From assembly GCA_965116475.1 (NCBI GenBank), contig OZ220691.1, positions 1,984,001 through 2,048,000 on the forward strand: a stretch of 64,000 nucleotides of DNA, written 5' to 3'. The notes under the pieces were generated by a model. That model did no database searches and was not told the DNA's origin. It was given only the letters and a program-made list of their open reading frames with translations. The number at the start of each line of letters is the position of its first letter. Positions within the stretch are counted from its first letter, which is position 1. Shown one piece after another: positions 45,374-55,257 of this stretch. Both the position numbers and the translations under genes were made by a program. Source of the DNA: Gemmatimonadota bacterium. Lineage in GTDB: Bacteria; Gemmatimonadota; Gemmatimonadetes; Palauibacterales; Palauibacteraceae.

Positions 45374-45516
45374 GACGAGACTCCGCGGCCGAAGAACCCT
45401 CGAAAGTGTGACAGCGTCCGGGAGTGTCCCGCAATAGCGTCGCGCGTCGTGTGTGCGATACGCGCTTGCGTTACCTTCCCCGCGTGGCCTGGCGACGTCG
45501 TGGCGGAGACCGCGGG

Positions 45517-46767
45517 ATGCGAACACATCGACGAACACATAGAGAGGATCGTTCGGAGGTGCCGGCTCGGAAAAGGACCGTTCACCGGGCCGCATCCTGT
45601 GCGCTGGCGGCGGCCGCCGCCCTGACGTCGGCCGGATCCGGCTCCCGCCTGGCCGCGCAGAGCCCGTCCCCCACGCCACCCCGGAACTTCGTGACGTGTC
45701 CGGCGGAGATGGATCGCGCCCTCACCGGTCTCGCCGGCATCGTCCGCGATACACTGCAGGGCATCCTCATCCCGGGGGCTACTGTCTCCGCGACCTGGAC
45801 CGAAGACGAGGGACAGGAGCACACCGTCTCGGTGGAGGCGGACAGCGAGGGGGTCTACGTCCTCTGCGGCCTTCCTCCCCGGGAAGATCTCACGGTGAGC
45901 GCAAGGTTCCCGTCCTTCCGCACGGAGCCGATGCGGGTGAGCATCGAACCGGGCCCCCCCGCCGGGTGGGACATCCTCGTGGGCGTGGAGGCGGGTGCGC
46001 TCGCCAGCCTGCTCACGGTGCCGGGCCGAATCCTGGGCCAGGTGCTCGACCGTAGTTCCGGCCGTCCGGTCGAAGCGGCGAACGTCATCCTCTCGGATAC
46101 GCTGCTGGCGGAGGACCGGCAGCGAATGACCGATGGCAGCGGCCGCTTCATGTTCACCGACCTCAGCCCGGGGATGTACCGCGTGACGGTGGACCACATC
46201 ACCTTCGATCCCCTCGACCAGTTGGTGGACCTCCCGAGCGACCGGACCGTGCAGGTGGATTTCGAACTCAGCGCGGACCCGATCGAACTCGCGCCGATCG
46301 TCGTCACCGCGGTGCGGGAGAAGCGGCTGGAGTTGCAGGGATTCTACGACCGGCGCGAACTGGGCGAGGCGATCGGCGCCGGCGTGTTCCTGACCCGGGA
46401 CGACATCGAGGACGCCGGCGCGATCCGGGTCACGCACTACCTGGGACGGATTCCGGGCGTGCGCACCGAGTGCACCGGAGGCGCGAACAACAACTGCACC
46501 ATCCGCATGACGCGGGGCGCGCCCAGCCTGAGCAGGCGCGCCGAGTACGGGTGCCGGAACGCGAACGTCTACCTGGACGGCGTGCGCGTGATCCGCGACG
46601 GCGGGGGCGGCGAATCGATCGACAACTTCGTCACGCCGGCCGAGATCGCCGGGATCGAGGTCTATCGGGGCGCGAGCGAGTTGCCGGCCGAGTTCGGCGG
46701 GGCCGTCGGGCGCTGCGGGGCCATCGTCATCTGGACGGGCCCGGGGATACGGCGGCGTTCGCGCTAG
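45517..46767 (+). CDS. Secreted carboxypeptidase-regulatory-like domain protein with TonB-receptor plug-like C-terminus and no barrel
   Basis: Two G.V.D...P..A.V domains, PIELAPIVVTA, GFYDRR, PGVR, YLDG, EIAGIEVYRG...CGAIVIWT. Confidence 0.8.
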   Translation: MRTHRRTHREDRSEVPARKRTVHRAASCALAAAAALTSAGSGSRLAAQSPSPTPPRNFVTCPAEMDRALTGLAGIVRDTLQGILIPGATVSATWTEDEGQEHTVSVEADSEGVYVLCGLPPREDLTVSARFPSFRTEPMRVSIEPGPPAGWDILVGVEAGALASLLTVPGRILGQVLDRSSGRPVEAANVILSDTLLAEDRQRMTDGSGRFMFTDLSPGMYRVTVDHITFDPLDQLVDLPSDRTVQVDFELSADPIELAPIVVTAVREKRLELQGFYDRRELGEAIGAGVFLTRDDIEDAGAIRVTHYLGRIPGVRTECTGGANNNCTIRMTRGAPSLSRRAEYGCRNANVYLDGVRVIRDGGGGESIDNFVTPAEIAGIEVYRGASELPAEFGGAVGRCGAIVIWTGPGIRRRSR

Positions 46768-46783
46768 GACGGGCTGCCAGCTG

Positions 46784-47884
46784 CTAGGACGGGGCCGCGG
46801 CGAACGCATGCAGCGCCGTGGCCTTCGCGCGCACCGCGACGCGCACTCCGGGGTCGACGCCGAGTTCGTCCGCGGCGTCGAGCGTGACGAGGGCCACGAG
46901 TTCGACGGGACCGCGAAGCCGCAGCCGCACGAGCCCGCCCATGTCGCGCCGTTCCTCCACGGTCGCCACGAACAGGTTGCGCGTGCTGAGGTCCGCCGGG
47001 GGGACGTCCGGCGGTCCGAGGACGAGGTCTTCCGGCCGGTAGGCGATCTTCACGGGCGTTCCCGCCGCCGCCTCGCCCAGGGCCACGAGCGAGACGCCGC
47101 CGATGTCGACGGTCACCATGCGCTCCTGCGCCCGCGTCACGACGCCGGAGATCGTGAACTCCGCTCCCGTGACGCGCGCCGTGTAGACGTCGGCGGGATT
47201 CTCGTAGATCTCCTTCGGCGTACCCGTCTGGACCAGCTTCCCGTCGCGGATCACGGCGACCCGGTCCGCGAGGTGGAAGGCCTCGCCCCGGTCGTGCGTG
47301 ATGAGAAAGACGCTCGTCGCCCGCTCCCGGGCCACACGCTCCAGGTCGTGGCGGAGGTCGAGCCGCGAATCGGTGTCGAGATTCGCCGTCGGCTCGTCGA
47401 GGAAGAGGATGTCGGGGTCGAGGACCAGCGCCCGCGCGAGCGCCACGCGCTGCGCCTCTCCTCCGGACAACCGCGATATCGGCGCCCCCAGCAGGTGCGA
47501 GATCGCGAGTTGCTCGCACACGGCGCGCGAACGGGCGCGGGACTCGGCGCGGGGCACGCCGCGCAGGGACAGGCCGAGCCCGACGTTGTACTCGACCGAA
47601 TCGCTCCAGAAGTGAGGGCGTTGGAACACGACGGCGGACGCGGCCCTCAGCGCTCGCTCCGCCGGCCGCCCCGCCCCGCCGCGGAAGGCGACCTCTCCGG
47701 CATCAGGTTTCTCCAGCATGGCGAGCAGGCGCAGCAACGTGGATTTGCCGGCTCCGTTCGGCCCGAACACGGCGAGCATCTCGCCCTCCCGCAGTTCGAT
47801 GCGGTCCACCTCGACGGCCGTCCTGCCGCCGTAGACGCGGCGCAGGCCGATGCCGCCGAGCAGGGGTCCGGTGGCGGCGTTCAC
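46784..47884 (-). CDS. tupC: Tungstate ABC transporter ATP-binding subunit with TOBE domains
   Basis: GPNGAGKST, LSGGEAQRV, LFLDEPT; C-terminal TOBE. Confidence 0.8.
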   Translation of the reverse strand: MNAATGPLLGGIGLRRVYGGRTAVEVDRIELREGEMLAVFGPNGAGKSTLLRLLAMLEKPDAGEVAFRGGAGRPAERALRAASAVVFQRPHFWSDSVEYNVGLGLSLRGVPRAESRARSRAVCEQLAISHLLGAPISRLSGGEAQRVALARALVLDPDILFLDEPTANLDTDSRLDLRHDLERVARERATSVFLITHDRGEAFHLADRVAVIRDGKLVQTGTPKEIYENPADVYTARVTGAEFTISGVVTRAQERMVTVDIGGVSLVALGEAAAGTPVKIAYRPEDLVLGPPDVPPADLSTRNLFVATVEERRDMGGLVRLRLRGPVELVALVTLDAADELGVDPGVRVAVRAKATALHAFAAAPS

Positions 47885-48579
47885 GCTGCGTGCCGGCCGC
47901 GCATCGTGCGCCGGCCGAGCAGGAGGAGCACCGCGTTCACGCAGAGTGCGATGAGCATGAGCACGATCCCCATGGCGATCGCGACGTCGAAGTTGCCGCG
48001 CCGCGTCTCCAGCACGATCGCGGTCGTCATCACCCGCGTTTCTCCGAGGATGTTGCCCCCCACCATCATCACCGCGCCCACCTCGCTGATGATCGCCCCG
48101 AACCCCGCCGCCACCGCCGCCACGAGCGACGTCCGCACCTCCCTCAACTGGAGGACGATCGCCTGCCGCCGGCTCGCGCCGAGCGCCCGCGCCTGAAGCG
48201 CGATGTCCGGGGGGATGTTCTCCACCGCGGCGAGGCTCACCGCGGCGATGTACGGACCCGCGAGGATCGCCTGCGCGCCGATCATGGCCGCCGGCGTGTA
48301 GAGCATTTGCAGGTCGCCGAGCGGGCCCGCCCGCGACAGGACGAGGAAGACCCCGAGGCCGACCACGACGGGAGGGAAGGCGAGACCGGCGTTGATCACC
48401 GCGACCAGCGGCAGGCGAAGCCGGAACCGCGTCAGCCCGACCGCGATCCCGATGGGGAGTCCGATGACCATGGCCAGGAGGAGCGCCGATCCGCTGATCT
48501 GCAGAGAGCGGAGGATGACGTTCCAGACGTACAGGTCACCCGAAGTAATGAGCCGGAGAGCCTCGAGCAGCGGATCCAC
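47881..48579 (-). CDS. tupB: Tungstate ABC transporter permease
   Basis: PPVVVGL, ISEVGAVMMVGGNI, TRVMTTAIVLET. Confidence 0.9.
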   Translation of the reverse strand: MDPLLEALRLITSGDLYVWNVILRSLQISGSALLLAMVIGLPIGIAVGLTRFRLRLPLVAVINAGLAFPPVVVGLGVFLVLSRAGPLGDLQMLYTPAAMIGAQAILAGPYIAAVSLAAVENIPPDIALQARALGASRRQAIVLQLREVRTSLVAAVAAGFGAIISEVGAVMMVGGNILGETRVMTTAIVLETRRGNFDVAIAMGIVLMLIALCVNAVLLLLGRRTMRGRHAA

Positions 48580-48588
48580 GAGCCGAAT

Positions 48589-49443
48589 CTAGTGCTCCGC
48601 ATCGTCGCGCGGCCACGGCGCGAAGAGGGCCTCGGCGCCGCCGCGCACCCGGAATTCTCCGATGGCGCGGCGCCCGTTTCCGGAGCGCAGCCAGTCCGCG
48701 AACACCGCGGCGCGTTCCGGCCGTAGCGCGGCGCGCGGCGCCAGCAGCGAGTAGATGTTGCGCAGCGACGGATGACCCTCGACGAGTGCGTCCAGCTCGA
48801 GCACCTCCGACAGCAGCGCGAACGTCGCACCGTCCGTGAGGACATAGGCGCCGCGTTCGCTGGCCACGTGCAGCGTCGTGGCCTGTCCCTGCCCGGATTC
48901 CACGTACCATGCGCCCCCGGCGGCCGCGCCCGCCTCCCCCGCCTCGCCCGCCTCGCGCCAGAGGGCGATCTCCCGGTAGTGCGTGCCCGAGCTGTCGCCG
49001 CGCGAGACGAAACCGTGCGTCCCCCGCGCAAGGGTCGCGAACGCATCGGAGGGGGACGCGGCCCCGCGAATTCCCGCCGGATCCGAGGGCGGACCGGCGA
49101 TCACGTAGCCGTTGACGAGGACGGGATTTCGCTCTGGCGCGTGACCCGCCTCGACGAAGCGAGCTTCGGCTTCGGGCGCGTGCACGAGCAGGAGGTCCAC
49201 GTCACCCGTGCGGCCGAGCGCCAGCGCTTCACCGCTCCCGGCGATGACCGTGCGCACCCGGAGCCCGGGATGGTCTTCGTTGAAGCGGGCGATCAGGTGT
49301 TCGAGCAGGCCGGAGTCGTAGGTGGACGTCGTGGCGCCGAGTACGAACGTGTCCGCGGCGGTCCCGCACGCCCCGGCGCCGACCCCGCCGCCGAGGACAA
49401 AGAGGACAAAGAGGAGGCGGAGTGCTAGCCGTGGCGTATCCAC
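48589..49443 (-). CDS. tupA: Tungstate-binding lipoprotein
   Basis: ATTSTYDSGL, VHAP, SRGDSSGTH, WYVESGQG; GTG start inferred. Confidence 0.88.
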   Translation of the reverse strand: MDTPRLALRLLFVLFVLGGGVGAGACGTAADTFVLGATTSTYDSGLLEHLIARFNEDHPGLRVRTVIAGSGEALALGRTGDVDLLLVHAPEAEARFVEAGHAPERNPVLVNGYVIAGPPSDPAGIRGAASPSDAFATLARGTHGFVSRGDSSGTHYREIALWREAGEAGEAGAAAGGAWYVESGQGQATTLHVASERGAYVLTDGATFALLSEVLELDALVEGHPSLRNIYSLLAPRAALRPERAAVFADWLRSGNGRRAIGEFRVRGGAEALFAPWPRDDAEH

Positions 49444-50765
49444 CGCAGCACCTGCGGCAGGTTGGCGCGCTGGCCCTTCATCAGAATCCCGACCCGGAAG
49501 ATGCGGCCCGCGACCCACGCCGCCCCGAGGACGAAGACTCCGAGCAGAACCAGCGACACGAGCCACTGCCACACCGGCACCGATGTGGCGAACAGGCGCG
49601 CCGGCATCACCAGCGGACTGAAGAACGGCACGAGGGAGAGGATGACGCCCCAGCCGGCGTTCGGGCTCTGGATCACGCCCTGCGTCGCGATGAAGGGGAG
49701 GATGATCAGCATGGTGATCGGGAGCATGACCTGCTGGGCGTCGTGCTCGTTGCTGATCGTCGCCCCGGCCCCGGCGAACATGCCCGCGTAGAGCAGATAG
49801 CCGAGGATGAGGAAGAAGAACATCAGCACGAGCGTGCCCCACGGCACCGGGATGCTCGCGAGGTCGATCCCCGCCTCCGCCAGCGTGGATGCCCCGGCGG
49901 TGAGGCCGTACACGGCCGCGAGCGCGAACACCAGGGCCCACACGGCCATCTGCGCGATCCCCACCGCCCCGACGCCCACGATCTTGCCCAGCATCAGCTC
50001 CCACGGGCGCAGGGAGGAGACCATGATCTCGACGATGTCGGACTGCTTCTCCTCGAGGATCGCCCGCACGATCATCTGCCCGTAGATGAGCAGGATGAAG
50101 TAGAAGAAGAACGCGATCCCCAGGCTCAGCATCCGGTAGAGATCCTGGGACCGCGCCTCCCCTGACTCCGTGACGTTGATGACGTTGAACGAGGTCCGCT
50201 GGAGCAGGGCGCCGGGGTCGATGCTCTGCACACCCACCGAGCGCAGGCGCGCCCGCACCGATGCTCTCTGAAGGGCGCCCCGAACCGAGCCCTCGATGAC
50301 CGAGGGCACGCTGGCCCGCGCGAGCAGCGTCGTCCGCTCGTCGTCCCCCGCGGACTCTTGCTCCGTCGCTTCCTCCGTCCCCGCCTCCGGCATCTCCGCG
50401 GAGCGACGGCCCGCGCTCCTCGGGATCATCAGCAACAGGTCGTACGAGGATTCGGAGAGCCGCGTCCGCGCCTCGTCGATCGAAAGCTCCTCCATGTCCC
50501 CGGCCCGCACGGCGTCCAGCGAGTCCGCGAGGAATTCTTCGACGAGGAGGTCGCCAATGAGCCCGGCGGGATCGGCGACCCCGATGACCCGGCGCTCCTC
50601 GCCCGTATCCGTGGCCGATCTCACGGCGAGGAAGGCGGAGAGGGCGCCGAGGCCGACGATCAGCACGGGGAGGCCCAGCGTGGAGAGAAGGAACCACTTG
50701 GATTTCACGCGCAGGACGAACTCCCGGCGAATCACGGCCGCGACCCTGGGCGTGAACGGGTTCAT
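49425..50765 (-). CDS. ABC-2 type permease (NatB-like)
   Basis: EEKQSDIVEIMVSS...LMLGK, LSLVPFFSP. Confidence 0.88.
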   Translation of the reverse strand: MNPFTPRVAAVIRREFVLRVKSKWFLLSTLGLPVLIVGLGALSAFLAVRSATDTGEERRVIGVADPAGLIGDLLVEEFLADSLDAVRAGDMEELSIDEARTRLSESSYDLLLMIPRSAGRRSAEMPEAGTEEATEQESAGDDERTTLLARASVPSVIEGSVRGALQRASVRARLRSVGVQSIDPGALLQRTSFNVINVTESGEARSQDLYRMLSLGIAFFFYFILLIYGQMIVRAILEEKQSDIVEIMVSSLRPWELMLGKIVGVGAVGIAQMAVWALVFALAAVYGLTAGASTLAEAGIDLASIPVPWGTLVLMFFFLILGYLLYAGMFAGAGATISNEHDAQQVMLPITMLIILPFIATQGVIQSPNAGWGVILSLVPFFSPLVMPARLFATSVPVWQWLVSLVLLGVFVLGAAWVAGRIFRVGILMKGQRANLPQVLRWIRHG

Positions 50766-51724
50766 GCGGCCGCCTCGTCGTCTTCGCTCTCGTCCTCGTG
50801 CGAGAGTCCGGCCTCCGTTGCCTTCTCGATGAAGATCTGGCGCAGCGAAGGTTCGATGAGTTCGAAGCGCGAGATCAGGGCGCCGCTGTCCACCGCCCGC
50901 CGCAGCAGCGCCTGGGGATCGGCCCCGTCCAGCATGCGGACCTCCACGTAGGTGCCGTGCGCGGAGATGTCCTCGATGAGGTCCGGTGCATCGAGGAACG
51001 TGGGGTTCCCCTCGAAGGAGAGCGCGATGTCGCGCCGCCCCGCCGCGGCCTTGATGTCGCGGACCCGGCCATCGAGCACCTTGGTCGCCCCCGCGATCAT
51101 GCACACGCGCTCGCACAGGCGCTCGGCGTCCTCGATGAGGTGCGTCGAGAGCAGGATCGTGGCTCCGGCCCGCTGGCGTTCCTGCAGGAGTTCCTTGAAC
51201 AGTTCGACGTTCAGCGGGTCGAGGCCGCTGAAGGGCTCGTCGAGCACCAGCAGGTCGGGCTGGTGAAGGATGACCCCGAGGAACTGGGCCTTCTGGGCCA
51301 TCCCCTTCGAGAACGTCTCCACCTTGTCGTCCGCCCGGTCGCCGAGACCCACCGCATCCAGCCCGTCCCGCGCCCGCGCGAGCGCCTCCTTGCGCTTCAA
51401 GCCTTTCAGCTGGCCGAAGAACGCGAGGTGGTCCGCGGCCGTCATCTTCTGGTACAGGCCGCGCTCCTCCGGCAGGTACCCGATGCGTTGCCGCATGGCT
51501 TCGACGTTGGGGGAACCGAAGACATCCACGGAGCCGGTGTCGGGCCCGATGATGTCGAGGATGATCCGAAGCGTCGTGGTCTTTCCGGCGCCGTTCGGGC
51601 CGATGAGCCCGTAGATCGAGCCGCGCGGAATCTCAAGATCCAGATCGCGGACCGCCGTCTTCCGGTCGAAGCGCTTGGTGACGCCGCGCAGGCGTATGGC
51701 CGGTGTGTTCACGAGGCCGATCAT
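50762..51724 (-). CDS. ABC transporter ATP-binding protein (NatA-like)
   Basis: GPNGAGKTT, GYLPEERGLY, SKGMAQK, LDEPFSGLDP. Confidence 0.92.
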   Translation of the reverse strand: MIGLVNTPAIRLRGVTKRFDRKTAVRDLDLEIPRGSIYGLIGPNGAGKTTTLRIILDIIGPDTGSVDVFGSPNVEAMRQRIGYLPEERGLYQKMTAADHLAFFGQLKGLKRKEALARARDGLDAVGLGDRADDKVETFSKGMAQKAQFLGVILHQPDLLVLDEPFSGLDPLNVELFKELLQERQRAGATILLSTHLIEDAERLCERVCMIAGATKVLDGRVRDIKAAAGRRDIALSFEGNPTFLDAPDLIEDISAHGTYVEVRMLDGADPQALLRRAVDSGALISRFELIEPSLRQIFIEKATEAGLSHEDESEDDEAAA

Positions 51725-51819
51725 ACCGACTGCCGGCACCCGTCGCCACGCAGCCGCCCCGTCGATATATTGAGGATTCCCCTCGTTCTGCCGAATCCAA
51801 CCCTCCATGGGGAGGTTAG

Positions 51820-52023
51820 ATGGCGATCTTCCGCGTCCTGTACTACCGCGACATCACCGTAGGAAGCGGTGGTCGTATCACGATTCCCTTGGAGATGCGC
51901 GACCATATGCGGCTGACAGATGGCGATGCGCTGAAGGTTCGCCTCGAGGAGAGCGAATCCGGCCAGCGCCAGTTCACCGTCTGGAAGACCGACTCCAGCC
52001 CTAACGGCGGTCTCCGTAGTTGA
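51820..52023 (+). CDS. AbrB/MazE/SpoVT family DNA-binding protein
   Basis: GGAGG RBS; VGSGGRITIPLEMRDHMRLTDGD. Confidence 0.75.
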   Translation: MAIFRVLYYRDITVGSGGRITIPLEMRDHMRLTDGDALKVRLEESESGQRQFTVWKTDSSPNGGLRS

Positions 52024-52741
52024 GGGCCATCGTGCCCAGCATCAGGTCTTCGTAGCCGCACTCAACGAACCCGGTCGCTTCCATCCTGCGGACCATCTCC
52101 CGCTGGTCCGGGAACCTCCTCAGCGACTCGGGGATGTACACGTAGGACTCCGGATCGCGGTGTAGCGCCCAGCCCGCGACGCGGGTCGAGGCGTCGAGAT
52201 ACCCGAGGTAGAGGCGGCGCAGCGCCGCGGCGCGCGGATGGCCGAAGTCGAGCGAGATGAGCCGCCCGCCAGGGCGCAGGCAGCGGAAGCTCTCGGCCAG
52301 CGCGGCGTCCAGACCGGCGAAGTTCCTCAGCCCGTAGCCGACCACGACGCGGTCGAACGCGCCGTCGGGGAAGGGCAGGCGAAGTGCATCGGCCCCGATC
52401 CAGCCGGCGAGGGCGGGGCCCGGTCTCGCGCGCCCCGCCTGCATCATCTCCGGCGTGAGATCCGCGGCGACGACCCGAATCTCGAATGCGTCGCGCGCGG
52501 CCCGGTCCAGCGCTCCCCGGGCGAGGTCTCCCGTGCCGGCCGCCAGGTCGAGGACGCGGTGGCCCGGCCGCAGGTCGGCCCGCGCGAGCAGCCGGCGCTT
52601 CCAGCGGCGGTGTAGACCCAGCGACATGACGTCGTTGGTGAGGTCGTAGCGGGCGGCCACGCCGGCGAACAGCCGGCGGACGTAGCGTCGCTTGTCCGCC
52701 GGCCGCTCGATCTGGCCGGAGATGCGTCGATTGAGCTTCAA
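52001..52741 (-). CDS. ubiE: Ubiquinone/menaquinone methyltransferase (UbiE/MenG)
   Basis: YDLTNDVMSLGLHRRW, LDLAAGTGD, YGLRN, LRPGG, YIPES. Confidence 0.88.
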   Translation of the reverse strand: MKLNRRISGQIERPADKRRYVRRLFAGVAARYDLTNDVMSLGLHRRWKRRLLARADLRPGHRVLDLAAGTGDLARGALDRAARDAFEIRVVAADLTPEMMQAGRARPGPALAGWIGADALRLPFPDGAFDRVVVGYGLRNFAGLDAALAESFRCLRPGGRLISLDFGHPRAAALRRLYLGYLDASTRVAGWALHRDPESYVYIPESLRRFPDQREMVRRMEATGFVECGYEDLMLGTMALNYGDRR

Positions 52742-52752
52742 GGGGCGCCAAA

Positions 52753-54714
52753 TTAGCGCCGGGCGTCGTCCTCCGCTGCCGTTCCTAGCAGGTCCAGGTC
52801 GCGCACGGTCTCCACGAGGCGGATGAACTCGCCGCGATAACCCCGCGGATCGTCGCCCCGTCCTCTCTCCGCCAGCGAGATGACGTCATCCGGCGAGAGC
52901 CCTCCGGCGTGCGGCGAACCTCGCAGCAGCATGCCGAACCCCGCCACGGCCGCGGCGAAGCGGAAGCTCCGCGAGGGCGCGCGGGAGCGGTCCGCGACCG
53001 CATGCGCGAGGAGCTTGCTCTCGGAGCCGTCCGGGTGCTTGTAGCGGACCTTCACGTAGAGCAGCTCGTCCTCGAACGCGGCCGGGGGCGTCTCAACGGG
53101 AGGCGGCGGCTCGGCGGACGGCTGGTACCGCAGCGGATCCACGCGGCGGGGGACCGGGAGACCCGCGGGCACGACCTCGTACAGCGCGGTCACCGTGTGG
53201 CCGGCCCCGAGTTCGCCCGCGTCCTTCGTGTCGTCGTTGAAATCCTCGTCCGCGAGCAACCGGTTCTCGTACCCGATCAGCCGGTAGGCCGCGGCGCCCG
53301 CCGGGTTGAACTCCACCTGCAGCTTCACGTCCTTCGCGACCGTGAACAGCGTCCCTCCCATCTCCTCCACGAGCACCTTCCGGGCCTCGAGGAGGCCGTC
53401 CACGTAGTGGAAGTTGCCGTTCCCGCGGTCCGCGAGCCCCTCCATCTTCGAGTCCTTGAGGTTCCCGGTGCCGAAGCCGAGGACCGTGAGGAAGATCCCG
53501 CTCTCCCGTTCCTTCTCGATGAGGCGCACCATCGCCTCGTCGCTCGAGGCGCCCACGTTGAAGTCCCCGTCGGTCGCGAGGATGACGCGGTTGTTGCCGT
53601 CCTCGACGAAGTGCTTCCGCGCCACGTCGTAGGCGAGCGCGATCCCGGCCCCGCCCGCCGTGCTGCCGCCGGCCTCCAGGCGCTCCACGGCCGACAGGAT
53701 GCGGGCGCGCCGGCTCCCCGGCGTCGGGGGCAGCACGAGGCCCGCCGCGCCGGCGTAGACGACGATCGCGACCCGGTCCTGCGGCCGGAGTTGCTCGGTG
53801 AGCAGGGCGAACGCCTTCTTCAGCAGCGGGAGCTTGTCGGGCGACGACATCGACCCTGACACGTCGAGCAGGAAGACCAGGTTGCTCGGCGGCAGGTCCT
53901 CCGTGTCGATGGAGGGCGCCCGGAGCCCGATCCGAACGAGCCGGTGCTCCGGCTTCCACGGCGCATCCCACACCTCGGTGAGGACCTCGAAGGGGTCGTC
54001 CCCCGCCTCGCCATCCCACTCGTACGGGAAGTAGTTGATCATCTCCTCGACCCGGACGGCGTCGACGGGCGGCCGCTCGCCCGCCTGGATGAAGCGGCGG
54101 ACGTTGGCGTACGAAGCGCGGTCCACATCGATGGAAAAAGTGGAGAGCGGCGACTCGCCGACGCGGCGGAAGCCGTTCTCCTCGATCCGCGCGTACGACT
54201 CCGTGTTCTGGAAGGCGTACGCCAGAGACGCCGCCCTGGCCGAGACGCTGATGGACGCGGGGCCTCGCAGCACGGTAACGGGCGGCTCGCCGCGAGGGGT
54301 CTCGTCGACGACGCCCGTTACGATGGTCTCCTGCAGTCTGGTCGTCGTCTGCTCGACGGTGAAGTCCAGCACGACCGTCTCGCCCGCCGTCACGGTGATC
54401 GTCCTGCTGGCCTCCCGGTAACCGATCAGCCGAACCGTGACGACCTGCGCCCCCGCCGGCACGCCCGAGAGAGAATAGCGGCCCTCCGCGTCGGTCAGCG
54501 CGCCGATGACCGTGCCCGCCACGAACACCTGCGCTCCGGCGACGCCGACGTTGGCTGTCGCGTCGCGCACCGTCCCCCGCACGGTGCCCGTCTCGGACCG
54601 GCCCTCGGACTGGGCGTGAGATGGTGTCGGGACCGCAGTCGCGAGGATCAGCGCGAGCAGGACGCCGATCCGGGATAGGCGGGATAGGGCTGCGTGAACG
54701 TTCATCGTCGCCAT
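52753..54714 (-). CDS. YfbK-like vWA domain protein with N-terminal carboxypeptidase-regulatory-like domain
   Basis: STFSIDVD, RVEEMINYF, DVSGSM (MIDAS), TDGDFNVG, YRLIGYENR. Confidence 0.9.
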   Translation of the reverse strand: MATMNVHAALSRLSRIGVLLALILATAVPTPSHAQSEGRSETGTVRGTVRDATANVGVAGAQVFVAGTVIGALTDAEGRYSLSGVPAGAQVVTVRLIGYREASRTITVTAGETVVLDFTVEQTTTRLQETIVTGVVDETPRGEPPVTVLRGPASISVSARAASLAYAFQNTESYARIEENGFRRVGESPLSTFSIDVDRASYANVRRFIQAGERPPVDAVRVEEMINYFPYEWDGEAGDDPFEVLTEVWDAPWKPEHRLVRIGLRAPSIDTEDLPPSNLVFLLDVSGSMSSPDKLPLLKKAFALLTEQLRPQDRVAIVVYAGAAGLVLPPTPGSRRARILSAVERLEAGGSTAGGAGIALAYDVARKHFVEDGNNRVILATDGDFNVGASSDEAMVRLIEKERESGIFLTVLGFGTGNLKDSKMEGLADRGNGNFHYVDGLLEARKVLVEEMGGTLFTVAKDVKLQVEFNPAGAAAYRLIGYENRLLADEDFNDDTKDAGELGAGHTVTALYEVVPAGLPVPRRVDPLRYQPSAEPPPPVETPPAAFEDELLYVKVRYKHPDGSESKLLAHAVADRSRAPSRSFRFAAAVAGFGMLLRGSPHAGGLSPDDVISLAERGRGDDPRGYRGEFIRLVETVRDLDLLGTAAEDDARR

Positions 54715-54766
54715 GGTCGCTTGTCTCCTGTCCAGGGCTGAACCCGGGGCCGAACGGTTACACCCG

Positions 54767-54795
54767 TAGACGCCGCGAACGGAAAAAGGGTTACA
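54767..54795 (-). promoter_or_regulatory. Candidate ECF-sigma promoter of the vWA gene
   Basis: Minus strand TGTAAC-N17-CGTCTA. Confidence 0.55.
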
Positions 54796-54867
54796 TCGCG
54801 ATTCGCCGCCGCATCACGGGTTCCGGCAGGGCTGGCATGTCTCCGAAGGAGGGTATACCATGTATAC

Positions 54868-55245
54868 ATGCCCCTGCCCCGCCCTCTCTGCACGCGCGTC
54901 GCCCGTGAAGTCGAGTCGAAGCTCGAACGCGTCTTCCTCGAACAGCAATGGACCCCCTCGGAGGGACTCCGGAACATCCTCCTGGAATGGCTCGCGCTGC
55001 AGAGATTCCCGCAGATCGAGTTCCGGGAGACCCGCGCGGGCCGGCGGGCGGCCCTGCGCGGCGGGCCCGAGGTCTGGGAGGTCGCGGCGGCCGCCGGCCC
55101 CGGCCACGCGATGAGCGCCGCCGTGGGCCAGCGCTTCGCCGGGACGCGCACGGAAGCGCTGGAGGAGGCCCTCGCCTACGCCAAGGAATACGCGGCCCAA
55201 ATCGACCCCATCGTCGCCCGCGAAGCACGCCTCGCCCGGCTGTAG
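54868..55245 (+). CDS. RHH/DUF433-like putative antitoxin or regulator
   Basis: FPQIEFRETRAGRRAALRGGPEVWEV...ALAYAKEYAAQID; palindromes over the start. Confidence 0.6.
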   Translation: MPLPRPLCTRVAREVESKLERVFLEQQWTPSEGLRNILLEWLALQRFPQIEFRETRAGRRAALRGGPEVWEVAAAAGPGHAMSAAVGQRFAGTRTEALEEALAYAKEYAAQIDPIVAREARLARL

Positions 55246-55257
55246 CCGGACTCGTAG

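Noticed and set aside
49419..49428. CIRCE element (GAGTGCTAG half-site)
   Set aside because: Only one half-site, inside coding sequence
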